Assembly (NCBI GenBank): GCA_019058425.1
Contig: JAHPYZ010000011.1
Location: 5,032-69,031, forward strand
Length of the DNA: 64,000 nucleotides
Direction of reading: 5' to 3'
From: Promethearchaeota archaeon
Lineage (GTDB): Archaea > Asgardarchaeota > Lokiarchaeia > Sigyniarchaeales > SOKP01
The notes beneath the pieces were generated by a model, which was not told the DNA's origin, did no database searches, and saw only the letters and a list, made by a program, of their open reading frames with translations. This document shows, piece by piece, positions 38,689-48,905 of this stretch. Position numbers and translations under genes: made by a program. Every line of letters begins with the position of its first letter. Position 1 is the stretch's first letter.

Positions 38689-39468
38689 ATGAGTGAGATA
38701 AAAGATATCCTTCAAAAATTAATTGATAAGAAAATTTCTTTAATTGAAGCAGAAAAATTATTGAAGGCCAATTTAATTGAAGAAATTGGAGAGATAGCAA
38801 AGTTAGATATTTTACGTAAGACGAGAACAGGAATCCCTGAAGTAATCTTTGCTCAAAATAAAGACTCGAAAATATTGATTGACATCATTACGGGATTCCT
38901 AAATAAAAACAAATTCGCGATTATCTCACGTTATAATGAGGAGCATAAGGCAAATATTCTTGAAAATTTTTCTAATAACGAGGATTTTATTATTGAATTA
39001 AACGACTTAGGGAAAATAATCGTGATTAGAGAGGTCTCATTTAGTTTTGATAAAAAAGGAGGAATGATTGGAATTATCACAGCTGGTAGTTCTGATATAC
39101 CAATTGCGATTGAGGCAAAAATCATCGCAGAGGCAATGGGATGTGAAGTTGAAACTAGTTTTGATGTTGGAATTGCTGGATTACATCGAATATTTACACC
39201 CTTGAGTGACATGATAAAAAGAGGAGTTCATGTAATTATTGTCTGTGCAGGAATGGAGGGAACATTACCAGGAGTTGTTGCCGCTCTTGTAGATATTCCG
39301 GTTATTGGTGTTCCCATTTCAAGTGGATATGGAATGGGTGAAAAGGGGAAGGGAGCACTAATCACCATGCTTCAATCTTGCTCTCCAGGATTATTAGTTG
39401 TGAATATTGACAATGGATTTGGTGCGGGGTCTTCCGCAGCTATTATAGCAAATAAAATTGCTGAATAA
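38689..39468 (+). CDS. larB: Nickel-pincer cofactor biosynthesis carboxylase LarB
   Basis: RTGIPEVIF, AGSSDIP, DVGIAGLHR, AGMEGTLP, SCSPG, VVNIDNGFGA. Confidence 0.93.
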   Translation: MSEIKDILQKLIDKKISLIEAEKLLKANLIEEIGEIAKLDILRKTRTGIPEVIFAQNKDSKILIDIITGFLNKNKFAIISRYNEEHKANILENFSNNEDFIIELNDLGKIIVIREVSFSFDKKGGMIGIITAGSSDIPIAIEAKIIAEAMGCEVETSFDVGIAGLHRIFTPLSDMIKRGVHVIIVCAGMEGTLPGVVAALVDIPVIGVPISSGYGMGEKGKGALITMLQSCSPGLLVVNIDNGFGAGSSAAIIANKIAE

Positions 39469-39631
39469 TTTTCATTCAAGATTATTTTTAGTCTAAGCTT
39501 TTCAAAATTCACTTGTATGTTAAAGAATTTCATTTCTCCTTCTAGTCTAATTACGTTTAGAAAAATAATTTATATATTTGGGTTTAAATTTCACTTAATT
39601 AATCAAATTAAATCACAAAAAATATTAAAAA

Positions 39632-40306
39632 GTGAAATTTATGACTCCAACACCAGCTTCAGCGACGGCTTTAGCTAATCTACGTTTATTAAATCCGGAA
39701 TTAGGATGGTATGTTATTCCACTACTCGCGATAGTTCTATATATTTATGGTGTAGAGCTCAAAAATGCGAGAGAAACAGGAAATTGGAGTACTATTTTTG
39801 CAGGTTTAACTGTCTTAGGTCTTGATTTAATTAATGAAATATGGAATGGACTTGTCTTTGCATTTTCTAATTATTCTGCTTTTTGGACTACTCCCGGAGC
39901 TAGTGCATATATAATTTTAATTGGATGGAATATTGAAATCGCATTTATGTTTTCTATCGCAGGAATAATATTTGCGAAGTTTTTACCAGAAGATAAAAAC
40001 AAAAAGATTCTTGGACTTCCTAATCGATGGGCAATGGCGATCGGATTTGCTCTCTTTTGTGTAATTGTAGAAATTTTTCTTAATTTGGGAAATTATTTAA
40101 TCTGGGAATATTGGTGGTGGAATTGGTATAATCCAATTCTCATCTTTCTAATAGGATACTTTCATTTCTTTGTAGGAGCATTTTATATATATGATTTACC
40201 AGATAGAAAATCTAAAGCAAAAGTCGTTGGGATAATTTATGCTATAGGAATTGTGCTATTATGCATCTTTTTACCACTAGGTATCGCAGGAATAATTAAT
40301 TTTTGA
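39632..40306 (+). CDS. Trp-rich polytopic membrane protein (about 6-7 TM); start probably ATG 39641
   Basis: Hydrophobic segments with conserved-looking NEIWN, GWNIEIAFMF and VEIFLN polar residues. Confidence 0.75.
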   Translation: MKFMTPTPASATALANLRLLNPELGWYVIPLLAIVLYIYGVELKNARETGNWSTIFAGLTVLGLDLINEIWNGLVFAFSNYSAFWTTPGASAYIILIGWNIEIAFMFSIAGIIFAKFLPEDKNKKILGLPNRWAMAIGFALFCVIVEIFLNLGNYLIWEYWWWNWYNPILIFLIGYFHFFVGAFYIYDLPDRKSKAKVVGIIYAIGIVLLCIFLPLGIAGIINF

Positions 40307-40565
40307 GATAAATAACTCCATTTTTATTTTTTTTATTCTAATGTTCTAATCCATTTACTTAAACATATATTTGATTAAATTTATGTTTTTTTCCTTTAAG
40401 TGAACGATTAGATTATTCATTTTATCATCCCTTTTTGATATCTCTAGGGCTTTAATTTAAGATAGATAACTATATATAGGTACATTAATATAATTAATAT
40501 TGAACTTATTTTTCAATTAATAATATCTTAAAAAAAAAATCTAAGAAAACGTAGTTGAGACCCAG

Positions 40566-41108
40566 ATGGTCGCATCTATTAATCATACTGAACTATTTGA
40601 GAAATCAAAGCAATTTTTTGAAAGTGGCGATATTCTTAACACTTTAGAGAATTACACGAAAGCAATGGAGCGCATTGATCGTACTCAGATTAAAAATAAA
40701 AATGAATACATTCAATTTCTGGAAGATATTTTAAACCATTGTAGAGAAAATAATTTACCCGAAGAAGAAGCACTCGTTTTGAGAACATTAGCAAGAACAT
40801 ACTCTATTTTTAAACAACATGCTGAAAGTATGAAATATCATTACCAATCATTAAAAATTCAGAAAAAGTTAGGTAAAAAATTAGAGACTGCTGAAGGATT
40901 GGTATTTCTAGCTGAAGATCTTGAAGTATCTGGAAATTTTGACAAATGCATTCAAACATTCCAAGAAGCTTCCGAAGTATATCAAGATTTGGGCAAATTA
41001 AGAAACGTAAAGGAGATTAAAAAGGAATTAACTAGATTAGAAGCTTTTTCTAAAGAAATGGTTGAAGATGAATATATTATGCATAAATTTAACGTAGATA
41101 AATATTAA
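40566..41108 (+). CDS. TPR-like helical repeat protein
   Basis: EALVLRTLARTY, SLKIQKKLG, EASEVYQDLG TPR patterns. Confidence 0.8.
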   Translation: MVASINHTELFEKSKQFFESGDILNTLENYTKAMERIDRTQIKNKNEYIQFLEDILNHCRENNLPEEEALVLRTLARTYSIFKQHAESMKYHYQSLKIQKKLGKKLETAEGLVFLAEDLEVSGNFDKCIQTFQEASEVYQDLGKLRNVKEIKKELTRLEAFSKEMVEDEYIMHKFNVDKY

Positions 41109-41178
41109 ATCATCATAACATTGAAACTTGTTTTCTACCTATTTTTTTTTCTTTTTATTTTTGTTTAAGTAAAAACAA

Positions 41179-42468
41179 TCACTCGAAATCATCGTACATT
41201 TGTTTCATTTTAGCATCAGCTATGAGTTGAATTTTTTTCACAGTCATACCAGTCTCCTCACTTATATTTCTTAGGTCTTCATATTCTGGCTTAATATTAA
41301 TTAATTCCATTCCATTCTCTGTTTCAATAAATGAGATTTTATAGTTAATTTCGTAATGTTTTCCATTAACATCAATAATTTTACTTTCGATTTTCCGGTT
41401 AATACAAACACGGCTAATAATGTTGAATCTTACACCTAATGTCCCTAATTCCTTCATTATTTTTTCAATTATCTTAAAAGTTAGTTCTGGGTAGCAAAGG
41501 ACCTTAATGATATGTCCCGGTCTGTTTTTTTTTGTAATACTTGAAAAAATCTGAACATCTAAAACATCTTCTTCTTCTAATTTTGAGATAAAATTTCCTA
41601 GAATTTCTCCAGACACATCATCAACATCAGTTTCCAATATGCTGACTTGCTCCACATATTTTTGTAAGGGTTGAGTTATATCAGAACCATGGAATTCTTT
41701 ATCCTCACCATAGAAAATTCTTAATATATTCAGGAATTTTTCAAATTTCTTTTGCCCTGTGCTATAATTAGATTTTATAATTTTCATATTTGGAAAATAT
41801 TGAATAATTTGAGGTTCTAAATTGGCAAGTAGTGCTGCTCCAGTTGGAGTAGTTAATTCAGATTCGATAGGGCCTCCATATGTTATTAATTTTGATTTTT
41901 CTAAAATCTTTAAAGTAGCTGGGGCGGGAATGGCTAGAATACCATGTTTTGTATTAATAGTACCACCACCTAAAGGGATTTTACTACAAAAGATTTTTAA
42001 ATCTCTATTATTAAACCCATTAATCTCATCAAGCGCTAATGCTACTCCGATGACATCTATCAATGTATCAACAGAACTTAGTTCATGCAAATGAATATTC
42101 TTAGTTAATTCTCCATGTACTTCTGCTTCTGCAAGAATTAAAGATTCTAAAACTCTAGTTGCATACTCTTTCGCAGTATTAGAAATTTTTGAATTAGCCA
42201 AATAATTATATAATGATTTTTGAAGAATAGTTGCTGTTCGGTGCTCTTTGGTTTCCTTTATCTCTATATTTAATTTATTTACTTGAATTCCTGTTTTTTC
42301 TGTTTTCATTAACTTAATTTCTAATCTTGAAACCCCAGGTAAAATATTTTTTAATTCTTCCAAATCTTTTAATATCTTATTAGGTTCTGGAACTAATTCT
42401 AAAAGAGCGGCAAGAAACATATCTCCAGAAATTCCAGAATTCTGTAAATCAATATATAGTATTCTCAT
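41179..42468 (-). CDS. larC: Nickel insertase LarC
   Basis: SGISGDMFLAAL, AEAEVHG, HLHE, PAPAT, ELTTPTGAA, ETDVDD, KKNRPG, PEYED. Confidence 0.93.
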   Translation of the reverse strand: MRILYIDLQNSGISGDMFLAALLELVPEPNKILKDLEELKNILPGVSRLEIKLMKTEKTGIQVNKLNIEIKETKEHRTATILQKSLYNYLANSKISNTAKEYATRVLESLILAEAEVHGELTKNIHLHELSSVDTLIDVIGVALALDEINGFNNRDLKIFCSKIPLGGGTINTKHGILAIPAPATLKILEKSKLITYGGPIESELTTPTGAALLANLEPQIIQYFPNMKIIKSNYSTGQKKFEKFLNILRIFYGEDKEFHGSDITQPLQKYVEQVSILETDVDDVSGEILGNFISKLEEEDVLDVQIFSSITKKNRPGHIIKVLCYPELTFKIIEKIMKELGTLGVRFNIISRVCINRKIESKIIDVNGKHYEINYKISFIETENGMELINIKPEYEDLRNISEETGMTVKKIQLIADAKMKQMYDDFE

Positions 42469-42597
42469 ATTATTCTCTATTTAAAATAACTATAAAATCA
42501 TTAGTTAAAGTAATAACAATTTTATAATTATATTATCTTTTTAATAATATTAAGAATTATAAATAATAAATTATATTTTCAACGTTAGGGCAAATAT

Positions 42598-43332
42598 ATG
42601 TCAGAACTACAAACTATTAAGGCTTATCTTAACCAATTACCTGCCACTCTATTAAAATTGCTAAATATTGAACCTCCACAGGGGATAATCCCAGAACCAG
42701 TTCAACAAATTCTAGATTTATATCAAGGTATCGAACGAATTAGCATAAATTTAATCGATAATTTCGGACTTTTTGAAATTACTTATCTTAAGCCACAATT
42801 CATGATCACTAACTCTGAGGTAATGTTATTACTGAGCACTAAAAATCCCTATACTTTAGGAGTACTACACCAAATAATATTTGGTGGTTTTAATGTTGAA
42901 CCTAATGGATTTCATTTACTAAAAAATATTAATAATGCAGGGAAAACATCATGTTTTATTGGCAGGAAAAAAGACTTAGATAGATATGATGGAGGAACAA
43001 AATCCATTCCTAAAGATACAGATATGAGTACTTGGGTTGAATCTGCGAAAGCTATCAATACTCATGACCTTTCATGGATGCATTATTTAGATTTTGAGAA
43101 TCTACATAAACAACAACAACGATTAAAGCAAAGAACTCCAGAAGATTTAATTGAGAAACTTATAAATAGAACAGATAAATGGATATTGGGAAATTATAAG
43201 CAACTTAGGACAAATTCATTAATGATCATTATTGGTGATCATGGTAGGGTAAAAATGGATATGGCATATAGTGGAAAGATTGCCCAATGGAGAGAAGCAA
43301 GTGTTCCCATTGCAATCCTTATGAGAAAATAA
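42598..43332 (+). CDS. Degenerate alkaline-phosphatase-superfamily protein
   Basis: LPATLLKLL, INLIDNFG, IIIGDHG, VPIAIL; the metal-binding D...H is apparently absent. Confidence 0.6.
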   Translation: MSELQTIKAYLNQLPATLLKLLNIEPPQGIIPEPVQQILDLYQGIERISINLIDNFGLFEITYLKPQFMITNSEVMLLLSTKNPYTLGVLHQIIFGGFNVEPNGFHLLKNINNAGKTSCFIGRKKDLDRYDGGTKSIPKDTDMSTWVESAKAINTHDLSWMHYLDFENLHKQQQRLKQRTPEDLIEKLINRTDKWILGNYKQLRTNSLMIIIGDHGRVKMDMAYSGKIAQWREASVPIAILMRK

Positions 43333-43378
43333 TTTTCTTTTATTTACCTTTAGTTTTAAATTAAATCAGTTGTTTAAA

Positions 43379-43885
43379 ATGGAAGAATATAAACGTTTTA
43401 CAATTTCTCTTCCTCAAGATCAATATAACAAGTTTGAGGAATTTAGAAATAAATTAGGAATCTCAAGATCAGATGCGATTAGAAAAGCAATGCATCTCTT
43501 GATAATACAAGATGAAGCTATATCGATCATATCAGAAAACGTCGTAGGGTGTATTGCAATAATGATGACCCACGAGCATGTTGATATAAACGATGAACAT
43601 GTTCATAATCATTTAGATGATTCACACCACGATCATGACTATATTTCAAGACCCATCTATGCAAATGTTCAACAAACGGATGAAATATTAAAAAATGATA
43701 TTCAACATCATTTCCATGATATAATTATATCAACAATGCATGTTCATTTAGAATATGAGAAATGTTTGGAAATAATTGCTGTTTCTGGGCCATATAAAGA
43801 AGTGAAGAAATTAAAAGAGGCTCTTCAACGATTAAAAAGTGTATTATCATTAGGATTCTTTATTATTGATAAAGAGATAAAATAA
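43379..43885 (+). CDS. nikR: NikR-family nickel regulator (RHH plus ACT-like) with His-rich insert
   Basis: RFTISLP...SRSDAIRKA RHH; QHHFHDIIISTMHVHL...CLEII nickel ligands. Confidence 0.88.
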   Translation: MEEYKRFTISLPQDQYNKFEEFRNKLGISRSDAIRKAMHLLIIQDEAISIISENVVGCIAIMMTHEHVDINDEHVHNHLDDSHHDHDYISRPIYANVQQTDEILKNDIQHHFHDIIISTMHVHLEYEKCLEIIAVSGPYKEVKKLKEALQRLKSVLSLGFFIIDKEIK

Positions 43886-44106
43886 GAATAAAATATTCCA
43901 TTTTTAGAAGAAGTATAAGGTATAAGGCGATTTGGTTAGGAATTTTTATTCTTTATTTATATTAAGTGGGTTATGTGTGTTAATTACAACATCCTATTTA
44001 ATAAATATAAATTTCTAAAGAGTAGTAAATTAGTGATTTCTAACTTAAATAGAAATAAAATAAAAAGAATAATATTATAAAAAAAAACCAATTAATAATT
44101 TTTAAA

Positions 44107-44304
44107 TTATAAGTCTTTTTCTTGGACAGTTTTCCTATTATTTGCTTTAGCTCTTGCGATTGCTTTGTCGAGAACATCAATAATTGCATCATTAAGTGCT
44201 GGACCATCAATCAAATCCCCACTTGTGTTACATCCTTTTCCTTTGATATATTCTCGAACCTTGCTTTTTACAAAAAGAGCCTCAACAGCAGCTTTTTTAG
44301 CCAT
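44107..44304 (-). CDS. Histone-fold protein, alpha3-truncated (non-HMf type)
   Basis: LFVKSKVREYIK...NTS...LDKAIARAKANNRKTVQEKDL; GGAGG SD upstream. Confidence 0.85.
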   Translation of the reverse strand: MAKKAAVEALFVKSKVREYIKGKGCNTSGDLIDGPALNDAIIDVLDKAIARAKANNRKTVQEKDL

Positions 44305-44572
44305 TTTTTTATTCCTCCTAATGAGTTTTTAAATATGTTTTAAAAATACTTTAAATAAAATTATATTTAAAATATTATTTCTCCTACTGCTATTTAAATC
44401 TAGTTGAAAAAACATCTTAAATGATGAATAAAAACTCCCTAAATGCAATTTCTAGAAATTTAAAATTTTGTAAAAATAGAGGCAGATTTTAGAATTAATT
44501 ATAAATTTAGTAAGATATTATTTATTCCATACTGGAAACAATTGATTTGGATAGTATAATAAGGAATTTTTG

Positions 44573-44707
44573 ATGAAAGTTATTTCTCTTAATGGAAAAT
44601 GGAAATGCAAACCTGACAATAAGAATATAGGTGTGAGAAATAAATGGCACCTTTCTGAAAATTATAATATAATTAACAATCATTTATTGGATATTGAAAT
44701 CCCTTAA
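44573..44707 (+). pseudogene. 5' remnant of a glycoside hydrolase family 2 gene (44 aa)
   Basis: MKVISLNGKWKCKPDNKNIG...W...DIEIP* matches the GH2 N-terminal SLNGxW...D...G...W...VP pattern; AAGGA SD. Confidence 0.65.
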
Positions 44708-44714
44708 TAAAAAA

Positions 44715-45734
44715 TTGAAAAACATAATTCACTCAAAAGCACCTGTCCGAATTTGCGATATTGGAGGTTGGACTGATACTTGGTTTTATCCAAAGGGTGC
44801 TATTTTTAGTATTAGTATCGATTTGTGTAGTCATATTAGGATCATCCCAAACTTTTCAAAAATAATTAATATTTTTTCAGAGAATCTTAAATTGCGTACA
44901 GAGATCCGAGATTTTTATAAAATAAGATATAATGGCACACTTGATTTATTAAAAGCAGCAGTAAAAAGAATGAATATCAAAGAAGGTATTGATATCTATG
45001 TTAAAGCAGAAGCCCCTCCGGGTTGTGGAACAGGAACAAGTGCTAGTGTGGCCGTAGCATTAATAGCGGCATTAACTCATTTCTTACAGGAAGACTTAAA
45101 ACCAGGAGAAATTGCAGAATTAGCTCATAACCTTGAGATTGAAGAATTAAGATTAGAAAGTGGAGTTCAAGACCAGTATGCTGCGGCTTATGGAGGAATT
45201 AATTTTATGGAGATTGATTATCCTTCTGTGAAGATAATTCCGATGAATGTGAAAAAAAAAAGATTAGAAGAACTTGAAAATCAATTGATTTTAGTATATT
45301 TAGGTTCAAGAAGTTCAAATAAAATGCATAAAGCGGTAATAGAAAATTATAGAAAAGGTGATAAATCTACATTAAAATCATTAGAAATCATGAAAAATTG
45401 TGTTTATGAAATGAGAGAAGTAATTAATTCTGAGAATCTTGAATTAATCGGAAAGGTTATGAATAAGAATTGGGAAGCTCAAAAGAAGTTACATCCACTC
45501 ATGGTTAATCCAATTATTAATGAAGTAGAAAAAATCGCTAAAAATAATGGTGCTATTGGTATTAAATTGAATGGTGCGGGAGGGGGTGGTTCAGCTACAA
45601 TCTTATCGGCAATAGGATCTGAAAACAAACTAAAAGCTAAAATAAAAGAAGAAGGGTTTCAAGAGCTACCAGTAAAATTTAATTTTGATGGTGTTCAAAC
45701 CTGGAAATCTAATTTGATTGATAATAAGATTTGA
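44715..45734 (+). CDS. GHMP sugar-phosphate kinase (HddA-like)
   Basis: APVRICDIGGWTD, PPGCGTGTSAS, GVQDQYAAAYGG, KLNGAGGGG. Confidence 0.9.
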   Translation: MKNIIHSKAPVRICDIGGWTDTWFYPKGAIFSISIDLCSHIRIIPNFSKIINIFSENLKLRTEIRDFYKIRYNGTLDLLKAAVKRMNIKEGIDIYVKAEAPPGCGTGTSASVAVALIAALTHFLQEDLKPGEIAELAHNLEIEELRLESGVQDQYAAAYGGINFMEIDYPSVKIIPMNVKKKRLEELENQLILVYLGSRSSNKMHKAVIENYRKGDKSTLKSLEIMKNCVYEMREVINSENLELIGKVMNKNWEAQKKLHPLMVNPIINEVEKIAKNNGAIGIKLNGAGGGGSATILSAIGSENKLKAKIKEEGFQELPVKFNFDGVQTWKSNLIDNKI

Positions 45735-45791
45735 AATTTGTATAACACTGAAAAGTCAGTGCTTTTTATAGTTATTTTTTAAAAGTAAATC

Positions 45792-46592
45792 ATGGGAATA
45801 CAAGATCGACTACCCTTGTCTTCAATAATTAAGAGATCTTTTGATAATATTAACATTCACAATATCTTTATCTTTAATAGATCTGGTGTTTGTTTTTATG
45901 GCAAAAATTTTACTGATTATTTTAAAGTTGAAAAAAATCTTGTCTCTCCTTTCATCACAGCCTTGATGTCTTTCTCTAAAGAAATGATTGGAAAAAAATT
46001 CAAGACATTAGAAATGGGTGATGTAAAATTTGTAATTTTTGAAATGGGCTCAATGAATTATAATATTCTATGTGATACAATAGAAAATGAAAAATTTTTG
46101 GAGGAAACTATTTCAAAAATTAATAAACGCCTTTCGAAATATATGATTAAGAATAAAATTAATATAGATGACCAAATCGTATTCGATAGTAAATTAATTG
46201 AAGTTATTGAAGAAATTATTGATGATGTATTTAGTAATGAGTTTAACTTAAAGAATGAAAAACAGATTATCGAATATGTAAAAGAAACGATATCATTTGA
46301 TGGAATAGATGGTAATATTCTTTTAACTGATAGAGGAAAAGTGATATATTCATCCTACAATACATTAAATTTAAAAAACTTCTTAAAAGAGGTCGAATTT
46401 CGTGTTAAAATTCATAATAATTCAATCTTAAAGCTTTTTTATACCTTAAAAGATAATAGATTTATATTTTCAGAATATGTTAATAATAAATATTTTGTAA
46501 TATTGGTTTTTAATTCACATGTTAAATTTGGGATGGCTGAACATTATTTAGCTCGAATTGTAAAATCTATCAAAAATATTCTTTCAGATTAA
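45792..46592 (+). CDS. Longin-like plus roadblock-like two-domain protein
   Basis: IHNIFIFNRSGVCFY...LVSPFITALMSFSKEM longin; IDGNILLTDRGKVIYSS roadblock-like. Confidence 0.7.
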   Translation: MGIQDRLPLSSIIKRSFDNINIHNIFIFNRSGVCFYGKNFTDYFKVEKNLVSPFITALMSFSKEMIGKKFKTLEMGDVKFVIFEMGSMNYNILCDTIENEKFLEETISKINKRLSKYMIKNKINIDDQIVFDSKLIEVIEEIIDDVFSNEFNLKNEKQIIEYVKETISFDGIDGNILLTDRGKVIYSSYNTLNLKNFLKEVEFRVKIHNNSILKLFYTLKDNRFIFSEYVNNKYFVILVFNSHVKFGMAEHYLARIVKSIKNILSD

Positions 46593-46741
46593 ATTGATAT
46601 TTGAATCGTCTAATTATTTAAGTATCAGTATCTTTATCACAATTTAAAAATCTTAGAATAAGATTCAAATTTATGATTTATAAAAACTAAATTAAAAAAT
46701 CTCCAAATATAATCATAAAGTAAAATTGAATGTGAAATACC

Positions 46742-47245
46742 ATGTCAAAAACAGAAGAAGGTTTAAAGGAAGCATTTGCTGGTGAATCACAAGCAAATCG
46801 TAAATATTTAGCTTTTGCTCAAAAGGCAGACCAGGAAGGTTTTTCTCAAATAGCAAAAATTTTTAGAGCTGCTGCAGCAGCAGAAACAGTTCATGCCCAT
46901 AATCATCTTAAAGTACTTGGTGGGGTTAAATCAACGAAAGAGAATATACAAGCTGCAATAGAAGGAGAACATCATGAGTTTACTTCAATGTATCCCGAGT
47001 TTCTTGAAGTTGCTAAAAAAGAAGGTAATAAAGATGCTGAAAGAACATTTAACTATGCTAATGAAGTAGAAAAAGTTCACCACAAGTTATATTCTACTGC
47101 TCTTGAAGCAATTGAGAGTGGTAAAGATTTAGAGAAAAAAGACGTATATATTTGTCCTGTCTGTGGATATACTCATGAAGGAGATCCACCAGATAATTGT
47201 CCAGTTTGTGGTGCAGCAAAAAAAGCTTTTAAACAAATTACCTAA
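46742..47245 (+). CDS. rbr: Rubrerythrin
   Basis: AFAGESQANRKY, ETVHA, EKVH, CPVCG...CPVCG. Confidence 0.95.
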   Translation: MSKTEEGLKEAFAGESQANRKYLAFAQKADQEGFSQIAKIFRAAAAAETVHAHNHLKVLGGVKSTKENIQAAIEGEHHEFTSMYPEFLEVAKKEGNKDAERTFNYANEVEKVHHKLYSTALEAIESGKDLEKKDVYICPVCGYTHEGDPPDNCPVCGAAKKAFKQIT

Positions 47246-47278
47246 TTTATTTTATTTTTTATTTTGAGTTTTATTATT

Positions 47279-48868
47279 TTACATTTTCCAAGGACTATAG
47301 CATTCTTTGACTTTTAAAAGGTAATCATTAAGGGAGAAGTTCAAATCCTTTTCTGCTTTCTGTAAACCAACAGGAGTGGCTCCATTATTATAATAATTTA
47401 AAAGTAAATCTGAAACTTGTTGATTTCCTAATGAGATCAATGCTTGAAGTCTAGCGTTTTTAATAATTGATTTAAAATTTTTAAATCTTAACGTTATTGA
47501 GTTTATACTCTTAAGTTCCTGCTCCAATCTCTGGTATTTCCTTCTCAATTTAGTTAAATTTTCATCTAAATAGAAGGTTATCTCTTTTTCATATGGAGTA
47601 TTAATTTTTGGAATAAAGGGATTAATATTTACCCTTAAGGAATTCTTAGTAAAACCTAATTGATCTATTGATTTCAATAGGCTAATAATTTCTTCAATAT
47701 CATCTTCTCTTTCGTTAGGTAATCCAATTAAAAAATAAAATTTAATATTTTTAATTTGAGAATCTTTAATTTGTGTTACGATTGATATTATTTTTTCATT
47801 CGATATTTTCTTTCCAAGAGCATATCTTAGTTTTTCTGAACCCGCTTCTGGGGCAATAGTAATTGTTTTAATTTCGGCTTTTTCGAATAATTGAATTATA
47901 CCTTGCGTTAAATGCTCCACTCGAATTGAAGGAACTGTTAATCTTTTTCCATTATCAATTATATACTCACATATTTGTTTGAATTTAGGATGGGATGATA
48001 CACAAGAACCTATAAGACTGATTGTATCATAATTGGAATATTGGATACTTTTTTGAATAAAATTAATTATATTTTCATAACTCCTATTTCGAAATGGATA
48101 ATTATGAAAGGAGGATATGCAAAATTTACATTGAAATGGACATCCTCGATTCAATTCTAAAAAGAAATTACTTTCAAATATAGATTTTTTACTGGGAATT
48201 TTAGAGATTAATTGAAATATGGGTGTTGGAGAATCATCAAGATTTTTGAGAACTACTCTTTTTACATCATTTTCAAGTATTGGAATAAATAATCCTTCGA
48301 CATTTTTTGCTCTCTCTAAAAATTCTTCAAAACTTATTTTTTGTTTGTTGTAAGTTTGAAATAAGTCAAAGAAAAGAGGTAAATTTTGTTCCGAATCACC
48401 AATAAATAGGATATCAAAGAATTTACTCAACGGAATTGGATTTGAGGTGACTGCTGGACCACCCGCAATTAACAACGGAAATTTTGAATCATCTTTTTGA
48501 GTCTTTTTTTGACGTTCTTGAATAGTTAGGGGAATTTCTGCTTTGTCTAATATCCATAAAATATTCTTAAAATCATTTTCAAAATGCAAGGAAAATCCTA
48601 GAATATCAAACTCGTCTGGTAATACTTTATTTTCGAGGGATCGTAATTCATTTTTTGAAGAATAATCTTTTGAAGCGGGAAATTTTAAAGATAAATTGTC
48701 GGGAATGAAAATTCTTTCGCATGCAATATTATCAAATGAGTTAATTAAGAAGTAGAGAAGTCTAATAGAATATGAAGACATACCAAGTGAGAATCTATTT
48801 GGGTACACTAATCCAAAAGAAAACTCAATTTTCCGCCAATCTTTAACAATAACGTTCTCTGTATACAT
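47279..48868 (-). CDS. B12-binding-like radical SAM protein (TIGR03960-like)
   Basis: LVYPN..LGMS, IAGGP, RGCPFQCKFC, TIAPEAG, YFLIGLP. Confidence 0.85.
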   Translation of the reverse strand: MYTENVIVKDWRKIEFSFGLVYPNRFSLGMSSYSIRLLYFLINSFDNIACERIFIPDNLSLKFPASKDYSSKNELRSLENKVLPDEFDILGFSLHFENDFKNILWILDKAEIPLTIQERQKKTQKDDSKFPLLIAGGPAVTSNPIPLSKFFDILFIGDSEQNLPLFFDLFQTYNKQKISFEEFLERAKNVEGLFIPILENDVKRVVLKNLDDSPTPIFQLISKIPSKKSIFESNFFLELNRGCPFQCKFCISSFHNYPFRNRSYENIINFIQKSIQYSNYDTISLIGSCVSSHPKFKQICEYIIDNGKRLTVPSIRVEHLTQGIIQLFEKAEIKTITIAPEAGSEKLRYALGKKISNEKIISIVTQIKDSQIKNIKFYFLIGLPNEREDDIEEIISLLKSIDQLGFTKNSLRVNINPFIPKINTPYEKEITFYLDENLTKLRRKYQRLEQELKSINSITLRFKNFKSIIKNARLQALISLGNQQVSDLLLNYYNNGATPVGLQKAEKDLNFSLNDYLLKVKECYSPWKM

Positions 48869-48905
48869 TTATAAGAATTTTGAAAATAAATTTTATAAAA
48901 ATCAT

